A stretch of DNA of 64,000 nucleotides from an uncultured Methanosarcinales archaeon (GTDB lineage Archaea > Nanobdellota > Nanobdellia > Woesearchaeales > CAZOXR01). The translations under genes were made by a program, and so were the position numbers. Location of the stretch: contig CAZMIO010000002.1 of assembly GCA_964566535.1 (NCBI GenBank), positions 136,905 through 200,904 on the forward strand, given 5' to 3'. The notes under the pieces were generated by a model. That model was not told where the DNA came from, made no database searches, and saw nothing but the letters and a program-made list of their open reading frames with translations. The stretch's first letter is position 1, and each line of letters starts with the position of its first letter. Below are positions 10,724 to 18,885 of this stretch, in pieces.

Positions 10724-10839
10724 GGGGACATAGTATAACTTGGCTAGTATAGATGGCTCCAGTCTTGGAGCGATGAGGCACTGCCGATGATTACCAAGGG
10801 CTACACCGTCGGATTTGGGTTCAAATCCCAATGTCCCCA
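10724..10839 (+). tRNA. tRNA-Trp (anticodon CCA) interrupted by a 42-nt intron (10763..10804)
   Basis: Manual cloverleaf fold. Acceptor GGGGACA/TGTCCCC, U8, D-stem GUAU/GUAU (two G-U pairs) with GG in D-loop. Anticodon stem GATGG/CCGTC, loop CUCCAG|intron|A with CCA at 10759-10761. The intron starts after position 37 and pairs with the anticodon loop (GCTCCA/TGGAGC). Variable loop GGAT, T-arm TTGGG-TTCAAAT-CCCAA, discriminator A, no encoded CCA. Intron-containing tRNA-Trp is classical for Euryarchaeota. Confidence 0.55.
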
Positions 10840-11060
10840 TCTCTCCTTAAGATAAGCTTTCAAATTTTTGAATATTTTTTTGATTTCTGGAACCAACAAT
10901 CTTAAAAAAACTCTTAGCATGCTTGTTCCTCATAACAACATCATAAGTACAATAATGCTTATCTTTATTTTCGGTTAAAAATGATCGAATGCCCAATAAA
11001 CTTAAACTATTTGAAATCTCTTCAGCAAAGTTTATATAATTCTCAACTAAATATCAATTC

Positions 11061-12227
11061 ATGTCAAAGAAACATTCTCTAGAAGCAATAGCAACATTAG
11101 TCGGAATGACAATTGGCGCAGGTATTCTTGCTATCCCATTTGTCGTTGTCAAAGCAGGGTTCCTCACAGGTCTTCTCAATATTGTCATTTTAGGAATTGC
11201 CACCCTAGTAATCAACCTTTACATGGGAGAGATTTCATTAAGAACAAAACAGAGTCATCAAATGACCGGTTATGCAGATATTTATCTAGGAAAGGCAGGA
11301 AGGAAGATTATGGTTCTTTCAATGATCTTTGGAATGTATGGGGCACTAATAGCATACACAATCAAAGAAGGAGAATTCCTCTCAAAACTACTTGGCCCAT
11401 TCCTAGGAGGCAACCCCTTAATCTACTCCATAGCCTTCTTCATAATTGGAAGTTACCTAATATACAGAGGTCTTGCCGCAATAGAAAAGAGCGAACTAAT
11501 AATGGTGGGACTAATCTTAGTAATCATATTAATATTCATCATAGTAGGGTACCCCTCAATAAATATCAACAACCTAATCAGTTTTGACATCAAAAATATA
11601 TTCATCCCTTATGGAGTTGTCCTATTTGCATTTATGGGGGTAGTAGCCGTTCCCGAAATGAATGAAGAACTTCAAAAAAATAAAAAATATCTAAAGAAAT
11701 CTATCATAACAGGAACCTTAATTTCCATGGTCATCTACATAATATTTGCCTTAATTGTCATAGGAATAACTGGCCAAGAAAACATGACAGACGGTGCAGT
11801 TATTGGTTTAGGAAAAGTACTTGGTAACAACGTATTATTATTTGGTCTTTTTTTCGGAATCCTAACAATGGCAACATCATTCATAGCCATAGGATTAGCA
11901 CTTAAAGAAATGTACAGATTCGACTTCAAACTAAAAGAAAAACTATCCACCTCATTAACATGCCTCATCCCATTAGTAGCGTCCGCAATAATCATCTTAA
12001 CAAAAATAGACAATTCTTTTTTCAAAGTGATAGATATCACCGGTGCAATATCGGGTGGCTCAATTGGCATCCTTGTTGTCCTTATGTATTGGAAAGCAAA
12101 AGAAGTAGGGAAAAGAAATCCAGAATATTCAATCAACAAAAATAACATCGTAGGATTTCTACTAATATTAATGTTCCTAGCAGGGATAGTCTACGAACTT
12201 TTCATAATAACTAGTTCAATAATATAG
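11061..12227 (+). CDS. amino acid permease / transporter (aromatic amino-acid permease-like)
   Basis: 388 aa, about 11 predicted TM helices. N-terminal LVGMTIGAGILAIPF motif typical of amino-acid/auxin permease (Trp/Tyr permease) families. Confidence 0.65.
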   Translation: MSKKHSLEAIATLVGMTIGAGILAIPFVVVKAGFLTGLLNIVILGIATLVINLYMGEISLRTKQSHQMTGYADIYLGKAGRKIMVLSMIFGMYGALIAYTIKEGEFLSKLLGPFLGGNPLIYSIAFFIIGSYLIYRGLAAIEKSELIMVGLILVIILIFIIVGYPSININNLISFDIKNIFIPYGVVLFAFMGVVAVPEMNEELQKNKKYLKKSIITGTLISMVIYIIFALIVIGITGQENMTDGAVIGLGKVLGNNVLLFGLFFGILTMATSFIAIGLALKEMYRFDFKLKEKLSTSLTCLIPLVASAIIILTKIDNSFFKVIDITGAISGGSIGILVVLMYWKAKEVGKRNPEYSINKNNIVGFLLILMFLAGIVYELFIITSSII

Positions 12228-12243
12228 CAAAGAGCACACAATA

Positions 12244-14424
12244 CTATTTCTTCTTTTTCTTAGAACCAACCTTATTGTTGCCCTCATTTTTCTTCTTATT
12301 TTCTTCACCCAAGAACAACTTAGTTACCTTCTTGTTATACTTAATCATCAAAATAAATATTATCAGTAGCACAACACCAAGAACAATATAATAGAGATAG
12401 GTAACAAAGAACTCATTTATCACTTCATTAAACTGAAAAAAAGAGTAAGTTAACGCTCCAATAATAATTACTGCAATAAGAACAATATATACTACCCCTA
12501 TAATCTTCTTAAAAATCCCAGTAGATTTTTTCTTTGTATCTTTTATCTGTTTTACCTTCTCTTTTTTCAACTCTTTAACTGCCTCAATTTTTTCTTCTTT
12601 CTTAACTTCTTTAATCTCCTTAACCACTAGCTTGCCCTTCTTAATTTCCTTCACTTTCTTTTTCTTCTTCTTTTTTCTTTTCACAAAAAACATAACAAGT
12701 GGAATCAATACAACTACCACAACAATCAAAGTATAAATATAATATTGGTACCAAAATAAAAAATGTAATACTCCATCCAAAACATTCAACAAACTCAACA
12801 GATAATATACTGCAATAATCAAAGCCAAAAATAAAACAGCCATCAGGATTCTAAAAACTAATTTTTTGTTTTTCTTATTCAACTTAATTTTTTTGATAAT
12901 GTTATTTTTTTTGATAATACTAATCTTCTTCTTGTTCCTAGAAATAAATATGTAACTAACTACAACCAAGAATATAATCCCTAACATAATGCCTAAATTC
13001 TTATCAAAAAACTCACTAATATTCTTAAAAGGTATCTCTTCCCTCAGCTTCAGAATAACTACCTTAGACTGAGAATAATCTTTTGAATTAATATTAATCC
13101 TAACAACATAATCGCCCTCAGTAACAGCACCTCCTTCAGTAGCATTCCCATCAGTAACATCCGTAACATCGCCCCCCCCAATCCCCAAGATCAAATTTAA
13201 TTTAACTTCATCTCCTGGCTTCAGTGATACACTCTCAATCTCAGGACTCACCCATTCGGGGCCATCAACATCAATCGAGTAATCAGTTACAATCTCACCT
13301 TCATTCTTAATTGTAAAAGGGACCAACTCAGAACTATAATCAATCGTAACTTGTTTATCAGCAAAAATCTTAGCCCTAAAACATTTCTCAGTTGGAATAA
13401 AACCTATATTCAGTTCGTCACTCATCTTAACGGCTGAATCGCTCTCTAAAAACCCAGTTACTTTAACCTGAGTTCTCTTAAGCTCGTTACAAGGGGGCTC
13501 AAAACTAAGATTTAATGATCTGCTCTCAGAAGGGCCTAACCTCACACTCTCCCCACCATTAACCTCGGCATAAAAGGGTTCAATCAGAAAATCAATAGTC
13601 TCATTAAACCTACCATTATTCTCTAAGATAATCTCATAATTCTTAGGCTCACAACCGCAAATCTCATCTTCATTTTCAAATATATCTAGACCAACACCAT
13701 AACATTCCCCAACACCAAAATGTAATGGAAATGTTTTCTCAACCTTCCCAACTTTATTAACAACACTAAAATCTATTTCAAACTCTCCCTCAACATCTTC
13801 CTCGGGAAATAAGCTTAAATAAACTACTCCCCTCTGATCTTTTGCTAATTTCAGTCTCTTACCAGACAATTTAGACCAATCTGCTCCATCTATATCAAAA
13901 TTATATTCATTCTCAACACCAAGATTAGTCAACAAGATAGGAACAGCAGCCTTCTCTCCAGTACACAATGAGTAATTACCTTCAAAAGTCCTAAATGTAG
14001 CCTTGCTCTTCTCGCTACCTATTGGTATCTCTTCTCCAAACTTCACATCATAACCATAACAAGAATCAAGATTTAGATTAAGAGGAATGCTACTCGTCTT
14101 TTGGCTTTTTAGGGCTTCAACAACTACATTAATTCTATGACTTCCTGTCAAGTCACAAGGAATATCTAATGTAACAGTTATTGCCTTACTTCCCCCCTTA
14201 AGAACTAAAACACTCTCCTCACTAATAGAGATAAAATCACTAAATTTGTCCACACTAATGTTATAATTCTCAGAAAAATCATTTGTATTCCTTATAGAGA
14301 ACTTATAATCTATACTTTGACAATTACAAAGAGGTTCTGCCCCATACCCAAAAGGCAATAGAACAAACAATAGGGACGATAATACTAATAGTAAGAAACC
14401 CTTTTTTATGTATGACATCATCAT
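12244..14424 (-). CDS. secreted Cys-rich surface protein with C-terminal multi-TM/poly-Lys region (CARDB/NEW3-like repeats)
   Basis: 726 aa. Signal peptide (LLLVLSSLLFVLLPFGYG), extracellular Cys-paired repeats with DIDGADW / DVDGPEW motifs shared with the neighbouring 14529-15887 protein, then four hydrophobic helices separated by poly-K stretches. Confidence 0.65.
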   Translation of the reverse strand: MMMSYIKKGFLLLVLSSLLFVLLPFGYGAEPLCNCQSIDYKFSIRNTNDFSENYNISVDKFSDFISISEESVLVLKGGSKAITVTLDIPCDLTGSHRINVVVEALKSQKTSSIPLNLNLDSCYGYDVKFGEEIPIGSEKSKATFRTFEGNYSLCTGEKAAVPILLTNLGVENEYNFDIDGADWSKLSGKRLKLAKDQRGVVYLSLFPEEDVEGEFEIDFSVVNKVGKVEKTFPLHFGVGECYGVGLDIFENEDEICGCEPKNYEIILENNGRFNETIDFLIEPFYAEVNGGESVRLGPSESRSLNLSFEPPCNELKRTQVKVTGFLESDSAVKMSDELNIGFIPTEKCFRAKIFADKQVTIDYSSELVPFTIKNEGEIVTDYSIDVDGPEWVSPEIESVSLKPGDEVKLNLILGIGGGDVTDVTDGNATEGGAVTEGDYVVRININSKDYSQSKVVILKLREEIPFKNISEFFDKNLGIMLGIIFLVVVSYIFISRNKKKISIIKKNNIIKKIKLNKKNKKLVFRILMAVLFLALIIAVYYLLSLLNVLDGVLHFLFWYQYYIYTLIVVVVVLIPLVMFFVKRKKKKKKKVKEIKKGKLVVKEIKEVKKEEKIEAVKELKKEKVKQIKDTKKKSTGIFKKIIGVVYIVLIAVIIIGALTYSFFQFNEVINEFFVTYLYYIVLGVVLLIIFILMIKYNKKVTKLFLGEENKKKNEGNNKVGSKKKKK

Positions 14425-14528
14425 TAAACACCTAATATATCTAAAACCCGCTTACGCTAACAGGTTAAGTTCAATTGAATCAAAACTCAAAGAAAAAAAA
14501 GTTAAAAAAAATAAAAAAGGTTTTTTAG

Positions 14529-15887
14529 TTAGTAATAGGTTTGACCGTCGTCTTTCTCTTGGTCTTCGTCGTCTCCCTTTAACTTATTGAAGCCGATTAT
14601 TAAACCTAAGATTACTAACAAAACAACAAGTACAATCAAGCCAATTTCCAAAGCTCTCTTAACCTTACTCCAAGCACTTGATCCTGCTGAAGCAGATTCT
14701 CCAACATTAGCTTTTAGAGGAACTTGCTCTAGTACTTTGTCGCCACTTGTAACTGAAACTGAAAACATTTGTTCTCCAGCTGTTGCGCCCTCACTTGCAG
14801 TTGCATAAACATATACTGATTTTGATTCACCAGCATCTAAAACAACAACATTTGATGGACTTACCTGGAATGTTCCCCAGTCAGCACCGTCAACATCAAC
14901 AACATAGGTTATTGAACTCTTACCTGTGTTTGTTAGTGTTACCGGATATAAAGCAGCAACTCCTTTTGTCACATCTTGTGTTTCAGGACCGATTGATATG
15001 ATTGTTTTACCTGAATCACTACCAATAACTTCTTGTCCTTCAACGCCTAAAACATGAATTGTTTCGGTTTCTGTTATTTCTGAGTCACCATCTTCAAAGG
15101 TAACTTCAACAACAACATCGTAATCCCCTGTTTCAGCATCTTCTGGTATTCTTAGATAAAGTGTACCGCTTGTAATTGAATCATCACAATCGTCACTTGT
15201 ACAATCTTCTTTATCTACTTCGTCAATGAAGTCAGAAGCACTAACTCCTAATTCAGGAATACTTGCTTTAACCTTAACATCTTCTTCATCATTTTCTCCC
15301 CTGTTCTTAACTCTAGCACTAACTAGTAATGTTCTACCAGCTTTAACTGTGTTCTCAGGGCTTAGAATGATATCTCTTACTTCTAATAGATGATCTGTTG
15401 CATCAATTCTTAATTTGTAGAAATAAGTCTTTGAATTTGTGTTTGTATCAACTCTAATCTTTAATGAATAAACTCCTTGTTCCATTCTTGCTGGAAGCTC
15501 TAAATCGAATCTTTCATCATAGATGTCTCCCATCTTAGCTGTAAATTCCTTTGAAACTTCGCTTATTCTATCGTTGTTATGTCCGTCGCTTGTTAGAGTT
15601 GCTTCAACAACAACACCACCTAGGCTAGCCGGATTGCTTGTAGCAGCAGCTTTTCTTAAAAACTGAAGTGTTACTAAAACATCTAATTCGTCAGTCTTCT
15701 CAATGTTCTTTCTGTCTACATTTTGGTTTAACCTTACATCATTTACTTCAACACCAACTTTGATATCCCTTACTGAATCAAAGCTTTGTCTATCTTGAAG
15801 TTCAGCTCCAAAAACAGCAACAGAACTAGCTACCATACTTACTATAAATAGCATCAAAACACAAATCATTTTTAATTTATTTTTCAT
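14529..15887 (-). CDS. secreted surface protein with C-terminal TM anchor (CARDB/NEW3-like domain)
   Basis: ORF track starts at a TTG (15905). The first ATG (15885-15887) gives a canonical signal peptide MKNKLKMICVLMLFIVSMVASSVAVFGAE. Shares the VDVDGADWGTFQVSP motif with the upstream paralog. C-terminal hydrophobic anchor LEIGLIVLVVLLVILGLIIGF followed by an acidic tail. Confidence 0.65.
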   Translation of the reverse strand: MKNKLKMICVLMLFIVSMVASSVAVFGAELQDRQSFDSVRDIKVGVEVNDVRLNQNVDRKNIEKTDELDVLVTLQFLRKAAATSNPASLGGVVVEATLTSDGHNNDRISEVSKEFTAKMGDIYDERFDLELPARMEQGVYSLKIRVDTNTNSKTYFYKLRIDATDHLLEVRDIILSPENTVKAGRTLLVSARVKNRGENDEEDVKVKASIPELGVSASDFIDEVDKEDCTSDDCDDSITSGTLYLRIPEDAETGDYDVVVEVTFEDGDSEITETETIHVLGVEGQEVIGSDSGKTIISIGPETQDVTKGVAALYPVTLTNTGKSSITYVVDVDGADWGTFQVSPSNVVVLDAGESKSVYVYATASEGATAGEQMFSVSVTSGDKVLEQVPLKANVGESASAGSSAWSKVKRALEIGLIVLVVLLVILGLIIGFNKLKGDDEDQEKDDGQTYY

Positions 15888-16086
15888 TTTTCTTATTACC
15901 CCCAACTAAATTGGTATATATTAATATGTTATTAAAGGCTAGTTAACCCAATCCACTATATAAATATTTCGCTTTTTGAGTATACTAGAGTAGTTACTCA
16001 CTATAACTATCCCATAGTTATAATAACCCTTATCCTTCGTAGAAATATGAAATTATTTAAATATTTAACTGAAATTCCCCTGATTA

Positions 16087-17187
16087 ATGACAAGTATCTC
16101 AATAATTGGAGCAGGCCCAATAGGTAGCTATACTGCCCAGTTACTATCAAAAAAAGGATTCCAGGTAAATCTGATAGAAGAGCACAAGGAGATAGGAACT
16201 CCAATTCAGTGTACTGGAATTTTAACCTCTTCAATAAAAAAAGTCCTAAAACTAAAAAAAGACCTCATCCTAAATAAATTAAATAATATCGAAGTAGTAG
16301 CCCCAAACAAGACCTCAATCAGTTTCAACCTAAAAGAAGAAGAATTTATCATAGATAGACAAAAATTTGACCACTATATATACAATAAAGCAATTGACGG
16401 AGAAACAACCCCTTACCTAAACCACAGATATATGAACATGAAAGGTAACAACATCACAATAAGAGACCTAAAAAATAAAAAAATAAAGAATATCAAAACA
16501 GACATCCTAATTGGAGCTGATGGCCCATTAAGTCAAGTGGCAAAAACATCAGGCCTATTTAACAACAGAAAGTTCTTATTAGGCATTCAAGCCAGGATAA
16601 AGACAAAAAACGACCCCTCCACCTACAAAACCTTCTTTGGTAAAAACTTCCCAAATTTCTTTGGATGGTTCGTCCCAGAATCAAAAGACATAGCAAGAGT
16701 AGGCCTAGCTGCACATAACAACTCAAAATTCCATTTCGAAAACTTCATAAAAAAATTCAAAGGAAAGATAATCGAAAAACAGGCAGGATTAATCCCTATA
16801 CATAACAGCAAAATAAAAACCCAAAAAAACAACACATTCCTTGTAGGGGATGCTGCCTGCCAAACCAAAAACACCACCGGAGGAGGAATCATCCCAGGAT
16901 TAATCTGCTCAAAAGCATTAACAAGCTCAATAACAAACAACCTGGACTACGAAAAAGAGTGGAGAAAGAAGATTGGAAGCCAACTTTTCATCCACAAGAA
17001 AATAAGGGAAACACTTGATAATTTCTCAGATAAAGATTATAATTATCTAATCAAATTATTATCAAACAAAAAAACAAAGCGGGTTATTGAATCAAATAGC
17101 AGAGAATCGCCTTCAAAACTAATATCTCACCTTCTACTTACAGAACCTAAACTATTACTCTTCATGAAAAATCTAAAATTGTTCTAA
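16087..17187 (+). CDS. geranylgeranyl reductase family FAD-dependent oxidoreductase
   Basis: 366 aa. N-terminal dinucleotide-binding IIGAGPIGSYTAQ and overall similarity to archaeal digeranylgeranylglycerophospholipid reductases. Confidence 0.75.
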   Translation: MTSISIIGAGPIGSYTAQLLSKKGFQVNLIEEHKEIGTPIQCTGILTSSIKKVLKLKKDLILNKLNNIEVVAPNKTSISFNLKEEEFIIDRQKFDHYIYNKAIDGETTPYLNHRYMNMKGNNITIRDLKNKKIKNIKTDILIGADGPLSQVAKTSGLFNNRKFLLGIQARIKTKNDPSTYKTFFGKNFPNFFGWFVPESKDIARVGLAAHNNSKFHFENFIKKFKGKIIEKQAGLIPIHNSKIKTQKNNTFLVGDAACQTKNTTGGGIIPGLICSKALTSSITNNLDYEKEWRKKIGSQLFIHKKIRETLDNFSDKDYNYLIKLLSNKKTKRVIESNSRESPSKLISHLLLTEPKLLLFMKNLKLF

Positions 17188-17195
17188 ACACGTTC

Positions 17196-18635
17196 CTAAA
17201 AAAAGTCTTTAGTAAAGAATTTCAAGAATCTAAATGACTTAAATACATCTATTGTCGTCCTAACCGGGGCATCCCTAAAGTTTTTCAGCCAGATCTTAAC
17301 CAAAAAGTATCTCTGCTTACTTTTATTCTTAAACCATATTTTTTTAAAATCTTCAAGCTTAATATCTTCATCAAGAAGGGGAGGATCCTCCTGATTAAAA
17401 TGAGAAAGTTTACTCCAATCCATATCTTCACTTACTATCCCTCTCTCTTTTGCAATCCTCCATATCTCTGTACCTGGGAAAGGAGTCATCGTAAATGACC
17501 ATATGTGGCTTACTTTATTCTTTATACAAAAATCAATGAACTCAAGAGTCTTTTCCATATCTTCGATTTTCTCCCCAGGACTCGCAAAGATAATACTTCC
17601 AGTTACACTAATTCCATGCTTCCTAGCAAGTATTATTGCATTTTTATGTTGATCAAGTGTAACTGAATTCTTCTTCAAGAAAGCCAACATCCTAGGACTA
17701 CCACTCTCAAATCCAAAATTCAATTCATACACGCCAAGTTCCTTAAGAAGTACGCATACTTCTTCATCTATAGTATTTGATCTAGCTAAACACTCGTATC
17801 TTATTTTCCCTAATAGTCCCCTTTCCTTAAGTAAATCAATAATCTCCCTTAGCCTCTGTTTATTTATTGTAAACAAATCATCCCAAATCCCAATCATAAT
17901 AGCCCCATAATCATTATACCACATCTCAATCTCATCAACAACCCTCTTAGCTGAAAAGAACCTTATCTTATTCCCCCAAAAGTTGGTTGTCGAACAAAAA
18001 ACACAATCATAAGGGCATCCTCTCGATGTCATAATTACAACAGCATTTATTTTTTTGCCCCTCTCATACCTGGGCATTACATTCAATTTAGCAAACTCAG
18101 GAAGAGGCATCGGAATCTTATCAAGCGGCGTTATCAACTCCCGCCCCACATTAATCTTAATCTCTCCTTCTTTATGATAAACTATCCCTTTAATAGATTG
18201 AAGTTTAGTATAATCCTCCTCCTTATTCTGATGAATATAACTAAACAATTCAAGTAAAGTCTCCTCTCCTTCCCCCATAACCCCATAATCAAAAACTAAT
18301 TTGAAAGAACTAGGCAAAGTTGAAATATGAACTCCCCCAATTAAAATTTTACAATCTTTGATAGCTTCATTTTGCCTTATCGCTTTAGCTATCTCAATTG
18401 CCTTCCCATAAAAAACAGTCATCGCTGACAAACCAACAATGTCTGGCTTCATCTCTACTATTTTTTTAATATAGTCTTCGACAGGAATATCAGATTGAGT
18501 GATAAAGCCCCCAAACTCATTCAAGCTAACAATTCCTATGTCCTTAAAATCACTATGTTGTTTAATATAAGAGGCTAAACTAATAATACCGTAAGCCTCA
18601 GCTCCGTCAGATACATTAACTAATGCAATTTTCAT
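17196..18635 (-). CDS. B12-binding domain / radical SAM protein
   Basis: 479 aa. N-terminal cobalamin-binding-like domain followed by CX3CX2C radical SAM cluster motif (SRGCPYDCVFCS). Confidence 0.8.
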   Translation of the reverse strand: MKIALVNVSDGAEAYGIISLASYIKQHSDFKDIGIVSLNEFGGFITQSDIPVEDYIKKIVEMKPDIVGLSAMTVFYGKAIEIAKAIRQNEAIKDCKILIGGVHISTLPSSFKLVFDYGVMGEGEETLLELFSYIHQNKEEDYTKLQSIKGIVYHKEGEIKINVGRELITPLDKIPMPLPEFAKLNVMPRYERGKKINAVVIMTSRGCPYDCVFCSTTNFWGNKIRFFSAKRVVDEIEMWYNDYGAIMIGIWDDLFTINKQRLREIIDLLKERGLLGKIRYECLARSNTIDEEVCVLLKELGVYELNFGFESGSPRMLAFLKKNSVTLDQHKNAIILARKHGISVTGSIIFASPGEKIEDMEKTLEFIDFCIKNKVSHIWSFTMTPFPGTEIWRIAKERGIVSEDMDWSKLSHFNQEDPPLLDEDIKLEDFKKIWFKNKSKQRYFLVKIWLKNFRDAPVRTTIDVFKSFRFLKFFTKDFF

Positions 18636-18672
18636 TATTCTACCACCAAAAACTAATCGGTTTTATAAAATT

Positions 18673-18845
18673 TGTCAAAAATCGAGATTTTTGAGCATGC
18701 TCAGAAATGTTTCATTTATGACATATCAAAAATCACCACGATTTTTGAGTATGCTCGGAAATCTATAGTTTCCGACATGTCAAAATACAACCAAGATAGG
18801 GCAAGTAAGAGGTAGTGGGGTTTTTGAGTATGTACAAAATCAAAA
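18673..18845. repeat. approx. 2.5 direct repeats of about 55 bp, each containing TTTTTGAGYATGCTCRGAAAT (12-bp perfect palindrome TGAGCATGCTCA at 18692-18703)
   Basis: Seen directly. Copies at 18688-18708, 18743-18763 and a degenerate copy at 18821-18840. They lie in the divergent promoter region between the radical SAM gene (start 18635, minus) and aglB (start 18886, plus). Confidence 0.5.
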
Positions 18846-18885
18846 GATTTTTATTAAGATTATTTTTCCCAATTAAAAGATTAGG

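Noticed and set aside
10763-10804. Functional box C/D guide RNA in the tRNA-Trp intron
   Set aside because: The 42-nt intron is too short and lacks a clear CUGA box D. Kept only as a possible remnant (see finding).
10840-11060. Possible minus-strand small ORF downstream of the tRNA
   Set aside because: The open frame has no in-frame ATG/GTG until 28 codons from the stop. No RBS. Treated as non-coding spacer.
14408-14590. 60-aa plus-strand ORF between the two surface-protein genes
   Set aside because: Overlaps both the start of 12244-14424 and the end of 14529-15887 on the opposite strand. Low-complexity.
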